This document shows, piece after piece, positions 38,760 through 46,881 of a DNA stretch of 64,000 bases. The notes under the pieces were generated by a model, which ran no database searches, was not told the DNA's origin, and worked only from the letters and a program-made list of their open reading frames with translations. The DNA is taken from the NCBI GenBank assembly GCA_963621535.1, contig CAVFEQ010000002.1:15362-79361 (forward strand), read 5' to 3'. A program made the translations under genes and the position numbers. Source of the stretch: Paludibacteraceae bacterium (GTDB taxonomy: Bacteria > Bacillota_I > Bacilli_A > RFN20 > CAG-826). Every line of letters begins with the position of its first letter. Position 1 is the stretch's first letter.

Positions 38760-40946
38760 TTAGGCTTTGTAAGAACAAATGTTGGAAATCAGATAAGATT
38801 TATCAATGCTTTCTGAGGCGGAAGAGAGATGGATCTTCACGTTTTCTTCCCCTGCTAATTGAGCGGAAGTAAGAGAGGCGAAATAGGTCTTGCTTTCGTT
38901 TTCGTTGGTGATGAAGACCCCGGCTTTGTTGATGTCGAAGCTCCAGTTCTGATAGGAATGAAGCATTTCCTCGCGGGTCATCTTGCTTTCGCTTGCTGCG
39001 GCGGGGCAATTTTTCCCTAGATTAGTTTCTTCCCCTGCTTTCACCCAAGCGATTTCATCTTCCCCGGCGGCGGTGCCAAGGCTGAAACGGAGGCCTTCGC
39101 CGTTTTCGAAGTATTTAGAGAAGTCGATTGGGTCAAGAGCGAGGATGCTTTCTGCTTCCATTGATTCGCCGCTGCAAGTGATCAAGGCCCCGTCTTTCGA
39201 CCCTTGCACCGCGAGTTTCCCGGCGGTTTTGCTGGTCGCGTTTTCTAAAGAGAAACCTTCAAGGGAGGAGAAGTCGATGACTTGTTTCTCCGCTTTCACG
39301 ATGTAGGGTTTGCCAAACCAGTGCAGGCGGCTCGTCCCCTTTTGCAAGGTACATGCGATCCCTTCTTCCCCGCTTGCTTGAGCATCAGTCAACTCGACTT
39401 CTGCGCTGGGGTTGCTAAGGCAGGTAAAGGGGGTTTCGCTGAGGATATTTTTCGCATAGGCAGTCACTTTGTCATCGCTTCCAAGCTTAAAGGAGATCAG
39501 GGAGTTTCTTAAGGACGAGGCGACTTGGATGGAGGAATCGCTTCCATTGGACAGAAGCTTTTTGCCGTTGATAGCGACGTAATTGTAGGTATTGAAAGAA
39601 CCTGCTTCCATGTAGATGGTCTCGCCTTTTGCAAGAAGGGATTTGAAGTTGATTTTGGGCATGGTGAAACCGTTTTGGTCATCGCTGCCCGCGTGAATCA
39701 TGATTCCGTCGTTTATCGTCCTGGCGAAATCCGCTTCCAGCTTATCCAGCGCCTCAGCATTCCCTCCGTATTGACCCCAGGTCGCTACGTTGAAGCTGCT
39801 GCGGATGGAAGTGGAGGCTTTTGCTCCGCCAGAAAAGGTGAAGTCAGCGGAGTTGAGCTCATTCACGATTTCCGTCTTGGCCGTTCCATAGGTATAACGC
39901 GCGGTAAGAAGAGTGTCGCCTTCTAAGGGGCTTCCGAAGTCGAACTTGCCCTCGCTTGAATACCATCCTTCAAAATCAACCGAGTCATAATATTCATCCA
40001 AGGTTTTGTTGGGGGCGCTTGGCTCGGCTAGCTTAGTGCCCGCGTCTTGGGTGATTGGATCGATGGAGGTTGTCCCATTCGTGTCAAAGGTCACCTTGCA
40101 CTGGATGAGAGAGGAAGAGACGACTAGGCTCACGTCCTTTTCCTGGTTCTTGATGAGATAATAGCCGTCCGCGTCTTTTTCTAAGACGAGGTCCCCGATT
40201 TTCACCGCGTCGATTTGGTGATACTTAACCGGGGTCACCTTGAATCTGATTTCTTTTGAGTAGGCGACCTTATCCAAATCGATGGAAGGATCAGAGAGCT
40301 CGATGCTGAAGCCATCCCCGGAAGGCAAGGCGATCTTATAGGTCTCTTCTTCGGTCGATACGTTGACGAAAGAGGAGGATTTGACGGACTTGATCGTGTA
40401 TACCCCGTCCCCATCTGGATTTAATGGATCGTCTTGGTAGACGACTTTGGTGATCTTGTTATGGGGGTTCGCGGTCAAAGTGAAACGGAAGTCGCTGCCA
40501 TAAGGGATCTTTTCCGCGTCGATGCTGTCTAAGGGGTTCATCGCGAAGCTGCCGGAAGAGAAGATCAGACGATAGGTGTTTAGTGCGGAGGAACAGGCGA
40601 TTGTGAGGTTAGAATTTACATTGGAGATGGTGTAGACGCCATCATCATCGCTTAGCAAAGAATAGCCGCTATCATCGATGAGCACCTCATTGACGCTATA
40701 GCCTTCTGAGGGGGTGATGGTGAAGCGGAAATCCTTCCCCTGCTCCACTTTGCTTGGATCATAGCCATCTAAGGCGGCGATGGAGCAGTGTTCATCCGCG
40801 GAATAAGAGATCGTGAAATACGTTTTCTCTACCTCGCTAGTTGAATCAGAGCCTTCTGGCGTGGGGTTTATGTTCCCGCAAGAAGGAAGAATCAGCATCG
40901 CGCAGGCGAGGCTAGCCAAGGCTAGGACGTTTGTTTTTTTGCTCAT
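38760..40946 (-). CDS. Surface lipoprotein with divergent InlB B-repeats and a Listeria-Bacteroides repeat
   Basis: Lipobox ILPSC. Three repeats of about 75 aa are present (YFTISYSAD..., YRLIFSSGS..., YKIALPSGD...), then VTFDTNGT...FEGWY. ATG 40946 follows GGAGG. Confidence 0.75.
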   Translation of the reverse strand: MSKKTNVLALASLACAMLILPSCGNINPTPEGSDSTSEVEKTYFTISYSADEHCSIAALDGYDPSKVEQGKDFRFTITPSEGYSVNEVLIDDSGYSLLSDDDGVYTISNVNSNLTIACSSALNTYRLIFSSGSFAMNPLDSIDAEKIPYGSDFRFTLTANPHNKITKVVYQDDPLNPDGDGVYTIKSVKSSSFVNVSTEEETYKIALPSGDGFSIELSDPSIDLDKVAYSKEIRFKVTPVKYHQIDAVKIGDLVLEKDADGYYLIKNQEKDVSLVVSSSLIQCKVTFDTNGTTSIDPITQDAGTKLAEPSAPNKTLDEYYDSVDFEGWYSSEGKFDFGSPLEGDTLLTARYTYGTAKTEIVNELNSADFTFSGGAKASTSIRSSFNVATWGQYGGNAEALDKLEADFARTINDGIMIHAGSDDQNGFTMPKINFKSLLAKGETIYMEAGSFNTYNYVAINGKKLLSNGSDSSIQVASSLRNSLISFKLGSDDKVTAYAKNILSETPFTCLSNPSAEVELTDAQASGEEGIACTLQKGTSRLHWFGKPYIVKAEKQVIDFSSLEGFSLENATSKTAGKLAVQGSKDGALITCSGESMEAESILALDPIDFSKYFENGEGLRFSLGTAAGEDEIAWVKAGEETNLGKNCPAAASESKMTREEMLHSYQNWSFDINKAGVFITNENESKTYFASLTSAQLAGEENVKIHLSSASESIDKSYLISNICSYKA

Positions 40947-40963
40947 GTTCGAATTTCCTCCAA

Positions 40964-42757
40964 TCATTTCTTTATTTCAGCCCAAACCGTAAGCCCGGAA
41001 TGGGGGTCATCCATGTTCTTGCCCGCGGAGGAGTAATCGACTAGCCTCTCTCCGGAAGACAGTTCAACGGTAAGGTTATTCTTGAAAGAGTCGTTTTTGA
41101 TGCGCTTCCCCTTCGCTTTTACTGGCAAAGGATTGTTAAAGCCATCTAGCCGCGCGTCTTCGGCGAGGACGATGGGCCCACGGGTATAAGCCACTTTCTC
41201 GTTTAGGCGATGGCAAAGCAGGGGGAGAGTGAAACGGATTTCCAGACGATCCTCGTTCCAAATCCGGTCGATCACGAGGTAGCCCTTCTCTTCTTTTGCT
41301 TCTTCTAAAGGCGATCCATTGAGGAAAACATGCATTCTCCCCCAAGAAGGTTTCCTTAGTTTCAAGGAGAATCTCTCCCCTCTTCCTTTGATTTTCAAGA
41401 CGGCTTTCCCGCTTCGATAAAGGTTCGCGCTTAAACTGAAGCGAATCTCTTTCTCGTTCCAAAGGCTCTTTGCGTTGAAGGAGCTATAGAAATTAATCGC
41501 ATAACCCCCCTCCTCTTTTAAGAAGGCAAAAGCTGGAACTAACCCTAGGCCATATCCTCCGTTAGCCGCGCAGCAGCCATAGGTCTTCCCTTCTTGCATC
41601 ACCATGAAGCCGCCGATGACTTGGCAACGCCTATCCGAAACCAAAGGGGAATAAGAATCGAAGCAATATCTTTCATGGGGAACGGTCACATACCCTTCTA
41701 GGTTCCATACCCTGCCCTCAGAAAGTTCCATGGTCTGGTTGAGGTCATTGAACGCGCCGAACAAGGCATTGTAGCTCATTACCTCGAGCAAAGAGGCGTA
41801 AGAAGCTTCCTTCGTGTAATTCAATAAATCGAGCAGCAAGCCCATATAAGCGACGGTGACGCAGGTCTCTAGGCTTGGTTTGGCTGGCTTCTTTGTTTGG
41901 GCGACTCCGGCGTGACTAAAAAACTCGCTGTCCGTGCCGATGCCTCCGGTGATCGTGAATTCGCTTTTGGCCACCTTATCGGCGAAAGATTTTGCCGCGT
42001 CGATGCATTTTTGCTCGCCTGTCACGATGCCATATCGCAATAGCCCTTGGAAGCACGCGCACATCTCATAGGCTTTCTTGCTGTTCCATTGGTAAGGATA
42101 AGAGCCTTCTTTCAAGGCTTCTTGAATGAGGTCGTCGGTGGAGCATAGCCCTGTGGAGACGATGTATTTAGCGAAGTCCAAGTAGGCTTTCCGCTTGGTG
42201 AGGGAATAGAGGTCCACATAGACGCCGAGGATGGAAACGCTCGCTAAAGAGCCATAGATCTTCGCGGTTTCTAGGATCCCTTTCTTGCCCCTTCCTTTGC
42301 CTACCTTCGCCATGAAGGCGTTAGCTTGCTTCTTTAAGACATTGAGGATCTTTGCTTTTTTGCGTTTGCTTTGCGCGATCTCTAGATAGCTAAGGAAGCC
42401 GATCATCGCATACTTCCTGCCCCAAACGTCCCAGCCTGAGAGTCTTTCTTCCTTCACGTAAGAAGAAAGGGTGCCATCTTCTTCAAGAAGGGAGGCCATG
42501 TCGAAGACCGATTTTTCAATGATGCGATAAAGGGCAAGGGAGGGCTTGGCTTTATAGCAAGCAACCGCCCCGCGGACGAATTTGCCCCAATATTCGCCTC
42601 TCCAGGAGCCGGCGGAGTCGCTATTGAGGGCGAATTGGTCCACGAAAAGGCGGTATTTGTCCGCGTCTAGATATTCCTCGTTGATGATGATGGAGATAAG
42701 CTCGCCTGGGTAACCAGACATCGTGAGGCTGATGTTTTGATTCGAAACTGACTTCAT
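40964..42757 (-). CDS. GH127-like (DUF1680) glycoside hydrolase, beta-L-arabinofuranosidase family
   Basis: Carries SLETCVT and YGCCAANGG motifs, matching the ETC and CCxxN zinc/catalytic cysteine signature of GH127. Length is about 597 aa from ATG 42757. Confidence 0.65.
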   Translation of the reverse strand: MKSVSNQNISLTMSGYPGELISIIINEEYLDADKYRLFVDQFALNSDSAGSWRGEYWGKFVRGAVACYKAKPSLALYRIIEKSVFDMASLLEEDGTLSSYVKEERLSGWDVWGRKYAMIGFLSYLEIAQSKRKKAKILNVLKKQANAFMAKVGKGRGKKGILETAKIYGSLASVSILGVYVDLYSLTKRKAYLDFAKYIVSTGLCSTDDLIQEALKEGSYPYQWNSKKAYEMCACFQGLLRYGIVTGEQKCIDAAKSFADKVAKSEFTITGGIGTDSEFFSHAGVAQTKKPAKPSLETCVTVAYMGLLLDLLNYTKEASYASLLEVMSYNALFGAFNDLNQTMELSEGRVWNLEGYVTVPHERYCFDSYSPLVSDRRCQVIGGFMVMQEGKTYGCCAANGGYGLGLVPAFAFLKEEGGYAINFYSSFNAKSLWNEKEIRFSLSANLYRSGKAVLKIKGRGERFSLKLRKPSWGRMHVFLNGSPLEEAKEEKGYLVIDRIWNEDRLEIRFTLPLLCHRLNEKVAYTRGPIVLAEDARLDGFNNPLPVKAKGKRIKNDSFKNNLTVELSSGERLVDYSSAGKNMDDPHSGLTVWAEIKK

Positions 42758-42762
42758 TGGCT

Positions 42763-44850
42763 TTATTCGCCTTTCGTATCCCAAGTCCCGATTTTGCTGA
42801 TGCCTTCCGCGATAAGCTCGGCGCTGGTGTTGTAACGTTTGATGCCGCCGTTATTGATCGCGGAAGAGGCGTAATAGACCCAAGCGAGTCTGACATTCCC
42901 ACTCGCCTTGAAGAACCAGGTCGCCGAAGGGATGTTCCCATATAGATCAAGCTGAGGGTTGTCTTCCTTTGAGCCGATCACGCAGTAGCCGCTGCTGGTG
43001 GAGACGTTCGCGTGGTCGCAGCTGCCCAGCCGATCGATGTCATTCTGCGCATAAGAGGCGTAAAGGCTCTCCCCGAAATAGCCGCTCGACATCGGCATGA
43101 AGACGCCGGAGACGACGTAGATATTCTGGAAATCCCCACTGAATTGGGTGCTCGGCCCATGGGTCATCGTGCAGTCCACGCGGAAGAGGGCTCCTTTTTC
43201 TTGCTTCGCGGAAGTCACTTCCGTGCAAGAGGGATCTAGAGTCAAATCAACGTAGATGTCTTTTAGGCTCATGTCGTTGAAACGCGTCTCGAACAAGGCA
43301 TAGGACTTGTCGAAATAATTCGTCGTGGTGATGTAGAGGTTGCTAAGGCTTGCCTTCCAGCCTTTCACGTTGTTGGTCCAGTTGTTCCTCGCGATTCCAC
43401 AGCAATAGGATGAACTGTCGTTGAAGGTGAATTCGAAGTGGGTGTCTTTGATGGTCGCGTTTTCCCCTAAGCCTCCGAAGGTTCCTTCGCGAGCGACTTT
43501 GAGCTTGACAGTGTGACCTTGCCCGTCGAAGGTGCCTTTGAAATAGCAGTTCTTGTCGCTTCCTGCGCTATAGTAGGAGCTGATCTGCTTGCTCATGTCG
43601 ATGGTTTCGTTGATGTCCTCTTCGAGGATGTAGTAGCCATCGACGACCTTGCCGGAAGAAAGAAGGAAGGTCGAGGCGAAATTGCTTTCGTCTAGCGCCC
43701 GGGTATAGACGAAGGTATTCTCAAAGTAATATCCGCCTTTGCTGGTGAGCACCAAAACGGATTCGGAATTCTCCCCCGCGGCCTCTAAGCCCTTGATGAC
43801 GCCGTTTTTGGTGAAGGAGAGCTCCTTATTGCCTTGCTGGACGTAGGTGATGCTCGCCCCTTCGCCAAAATATTGGCTCACCGGGAAAGGGGTCTCCAAA
43901 GAAAGCCTGATTTGCTCTGAATAGGTCGCGACGGGGCAAGTGACGGTGATTTCGATGAAACTGGTGTAAAGGGTGCCCTCTTCGTCGACGTAAGAGGCAT
44001 AAAGCTTCGTGGTGCCCGCTTTTTTGGCGGATACCACCCCTTCTTCGTCCACGGAGACGATGCCATCTTCTGGCGTCATGATCGTCGCGGCAGTTTGCCT
44101 TCCTTCATCATCGACGCGGAAGACGACCTTCGCCGAGGTCTTGTAGCTTTCTCCTTCCCAGGTATCAAGCAACCCTAGATCCAAGGAGGAGGCGACTTTG
44201 GTTTGCCCGTCTAAGGTGACCTCGCTATAGATGGCGACGTTCTTCAAGATGGTGACTTTGACTTTCTTACTCAGCGCGGAATTAGAGAAGCCATTCCAAT
44301 CGGCCTTGATGCTTACATAGCTCTCCCCCGGGGCGTTAGCCAACAAAGAATTCCCGGATAGGCTAAGGCAGGAGCCTTCCTCTAGTTTTGCAAGAAGCGA
44401 GCAAGGGTAGCTTGCTCCGTTGAAGGAAACGCTCCCTTTCAAAGAGAATGAGGACCCGCGGGCTAAGACGATCTCGTCGTTAAAGACATTATCGAGGCTT
44501 AAGGAAGGGAGAAGGTCCCCAAAGCCGACTTTGATGAGGCAAGAAGCCTTCGCCCCGCCGACGCTTGCGGTGATGATGGCTTCCCCTTTGCCCACGGCTT
44601 TCACGTTGCCGTTATCGACGCTTGCTATCGACGGATCAGAGCTTTCCCAGGTGATGGCTTCGCTAGAAGAGGTTTTAGCGAGCAGCGAGTAGGTCTCGCC
44701 GAAAATCATCTCATGGGATTTCTCTCCGAGTTCGATGGTGTTAGAGACGGCGGAAGAGGTGGCGCTATTGCCTGAGCCGTTGCAGGAGGCGATCCCGAAT
44801 AAAGCAAAGGAAGAGAGCGCCAATGCGATAAAAGTCTTGCTGCGTTTCAT
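42763..44850 (-). CDS. Surface lipoprotein with a Big_2 Ig-like domain and a beta-helix-like C-terminal region
   Basis: Lipobox GIASC and a Big_2 signature (ITWESSDPSIASVDNGNVKAVGKGEAIITA). The later FKGTFDGQGHTV motif is typical of beta-helix surface proteins. I trimmed the start to ATG 44850. Confidence 0.7.
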   Translation of the reverse strand: MKRSKTFIALALSSFALFGIASCNGSGNSATSSAVSNTIELGEKSHEMIFGETYSLLAKTSSSEAITWESSDPSIASVDNGNVKAVGKGEAIITASVGGAKASCLIKVGFGDLLPSLSLDNVFNDEIVLARGSSFSLKGSVSFNGASYPCSLLAKLEEGSCLSLSGNSLLANAPGESYVSIKADWNGFSNSALSKKVKVTILKNVAIYSEVTLDGQTKVASSLDLGLLDTWEGESYKTSAKVVFRVDDEGRQTAATIMTPEDGIVSVDEEGVVSAKKAGTTKLYASYVDEEGTLYTSFIEITVTCPVATYSEQIRLSLETPFPVSQYFGEGASITYVQQGNKELSFTKNGVIKGLEAAGENSESVLVLTSKGGYYFENTFVYTRALDESNFASTFLLSSGKVVDGYYILEEDINETIDMSKQISSYYSAGSDKNCYFKGTFDGQGHTVKLKVAREGTFGGLGENATIKDTHFEFTFNDSSSYCCGIARNNWTNNVKGWKASLSNLYITTTNYFDKSYALFETRFNDMSLKDIYVDLTLDPSCTEVTSAKQEKGALFRVDCTMTHGPSTQFSGDFQNIYVVSGVFMPMSSGYFGESLYASYAQNDIDRLGSCDHANVSTSSGYCVIGSKEDNPQLDLYGNIPSATWFFKASGNVRLAWVYYASSAINNGGIKRYNTSAELIAEGISKIGTWDTKGE

Positions 44851-44852
44851 GT

Positions 44853-46871
44853 TCACACCCCCAACGATTCCAGATAGGAACTGATTGAGACGAATTCCTT
44901 GATGTCCTTGATGCCAAGGTCCAAGCAGATGTTCTTGAACTTGGTTTTGATGGATGTATATTCGTCCGCTTTGAATTTGTCCTCGTAGCAGCCGATCGCG
45001 ACTTTCGCGGGCACGATCCACTCGATGTCGATGTAGTTTTTAAGCCTCTTGTATTTGGCTTCGTCTTGCTTGTAGACCTCGATGGCCTCATAGGCCTCAT
45101 CGCAGAGATCGAAGAGCTCCTGCACGAAGCCATACCCCCAATATTTGGAGTTCGAGGAGATGTCGGCGGTGCCGACCCCTCCCCTGCCAAGGCCGAATTT
45201 CTCGATCGTCCGCGCGAACCAAAGGCGGAGCTTCTGGAACATCTCGCTCATCGCTGGAGCGGCTTCTTGGTAGACGTTTTCGATGTAGCGATTGATCAAG
45301 GTGTCCAAATCAACAGACGCATTCCAGGATTTCTTGCAGAGGATGTAATTGGCAAGTCCGCCGAAGCCGGGGTCGGCGCCGCGCTGATCGTTCTTCACCT
45401 GCTCGAAGGACAAGGAATAGTTGTATTTCACCAAGTAGGAATGGTAGTCGCTATAGAAGTTATAGATGTCGTAGAAGGTGAGGTAGTCGTTGAAGAAGCC
45501 GCCATAGCTCCAAGCCCAAGCCCCTTTGTAGAAGTTCCCCCAGGCCCGGAGGTTATCTCTGGTTTCGTTATTGACGGAAGCGTAGAAGCCGCGCCCGTAG
45601 TCGAAGTTGCTTAAGGCGACGTAGGGCCTTAAGTTCACGCCCTCGGGCGGGATGAGGTCTTCTGCGTAATCGAATGTCCCGTCCTCGTTTTCCTTAAAAG
45701 GCGGGGTGAGCGCGGATTGATAGGCGAAGAAGCTGTAGCTGAGATCGCGCTTATAGTCCTTGTTCTCGGGTTTGTCCATCCACTCGTTCACGATTTTGCC
45801 GACGCGGTTTAAAAAGAGGATGACCGGGGCGACGGGAGCGTTGTTGTGGGCGGCTTTGACCGCGGAGCAAGAAGAGCAGGAGCAAAGCTCGGCGACGTCG
45901 TTCATGCCCAAAAAGACGGTCGTGTAATTCGGATAGCTCGCGTAGGGGTGCCAGGTTAAGGTATCCTCCATCTTTTTGGCCGCGAGATTCACCATCGTCT
46001 CAAGTTCTTGCTCGTCTCCTCTAGCGGTGAAGCAAAGCTGGTCGCCGGTGAGGGAGTAGAACTTAGGATGGGTTTCGCTGTAGACGCTTGTGGGGAAATA
46101 ATAGAAGCTATTGTGATTGATGCTGGCTTTTGATCCCGAAGTGTCGCCTTCATAAATCGGCAGGATGAGGGAGGCGGTATCATCGGTCACCCTCATGCGG
46201 TAGCAGAACATCGGGTTTTGGCCATTGACCGGAGTGAGCAGACCCCTTTTCTGGCGATAGGCGATGTCAGGGATATCGATGACGTCGTAATTGCATAAGG
46301 AAAGATCGGTGACGTTCTTGTCGATGGTGTAGCAGTCGTGGTAATAGGTCTCGAAATTGAACGCGAGGCTAAGGAAGTCATAGACCCCGTAAAGAGTCGC
46401 GTAGTTGCTTTCCCCGAAGATGAAAACCGATTTCCCTTTCGTGAGGATCCTCGCCCCGTCTCTGCCATAGGTCTCAAATGAGGTTTCCTGGGCAAGGCCC
46501 GCGCTTTCTAGATAGGCGTTCTTGCCTAAAGAGATGTAGGTGTCGCTTTCTTTGTAGGAGAGGTTGGCGTCATTAATGAAACTGAGGGCGATGCCGGTTG
46601 CTTCCTCAAAAAGGGAGGAGAGCTCGTTTTTGGCGTAAAGGAGCTGCTCGTCGCTCTCGCTAGGGACCACCACTTTGTACGAGGTATGCCCATTCTGCAC
46701 GAGGTAAGAGGAGGTCTTCTCCGCTACGAAGCGGTGCTTCTCCGTTGTAACTTCCCCGTCGCTAGTGGAATTGTTCTCGCCGCCATTGCTAGAATGGTTG
46801 CATCCGCTTACAAGCAGCAAAGTGCAGGAAGATAGGGCGAGTACGAATTTTTTGAGTTTTCTTTTTTCCAT
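44853..46871 (-). CDS. DUF4838-like lipoprotein (GH20b/GH67N-like N-domain)
   Basis: Lipobox LVSGC. The block DGARILTKGKSVFIFGESNYATLYGVYDFL is characteristic of DUF4838 proteins. ATG 46871 follows GGAGAGAAC. Confidence 0.55.
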   Translation of the reverse strand: MEKRKLKKFVLALSSCTLLLVSGCNHSSNGGENNSTSDGEVTTEKHRFVAEKTSSYLVQNGHTSYKVVVPSESDEQLLYAKNELSSLFEEATGIALSFINDANLSYKESDTYISLGKNAYLESAGLAQETSFETYGRDGARILTKGKSVFIFGESNYATLYGVYDFLSLAFNFETYYHDCYTIDKNVTDLSLCNYDVIDIPDIAYRQKRGLLTPVNGQNPMFCYRMRVTDDTASLILPIYEGDTSGSKASINHNSFYYFPTSVYSETHPKFYSLTGDQLCFTARGDEQELETMVNLAAKKMEDTLTWHPYASYPNYTTVFLGMNDVAELCSCSSCSAVKAAHNNAPVAPVILFLNRVGKIVNEWMDKPENKDYKRDLSYSFFAYQSALTPPFKENEDGTFDYAEDLIPPEGVNLRPYVALSNFDYGRGFYASVNNETRDNLRAWGNFYKGAWAWSYGGFFNDYLTFYDIYNFYSDYHSYLVKYNYSLSFEQVKNDQRGADPGFGGLANYILCKKSWNASVDLDTLINRYIENVYQEAAPAMSEMFQKLRLWFARTIEKFGLGRGGVGTADISSNSKYWGYGFVQELFDLCDEAYEAIEVYKQDEAKYKRLKNYIDIEWIVPAKVAIGCYEDKFKADEYTSIKTKFKNICLDLGIKDIKEFVSISSYLESLGV

Positions 46872-46881
46872 AGTTCTCTCC

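Noticed and set aside
38633-38872. A 79-aa ORF starting inside repeat copy 2, and the corresponding frame in copy 1.
   Set aside because: The two copies give different C-termini because the frame runs out of the repeat into unrelated sequence. The peptide has no motifs, and copy 2 overlaps the end of the convergent lipoprotein gene.
42763-45021. N-terminal extensions in the ORF track (45021 for this gene; also 61396, 32846, 30226, 40967, 46892, 42784, 56239, 2205 and 12193).
   Set aside because: The extensions overlap upstream genes or regulatory sites and lack an RBS. Internal starts give canonical signal peptides, lipoboxes or conserved N-termini preceded by GGAGG-type sites.
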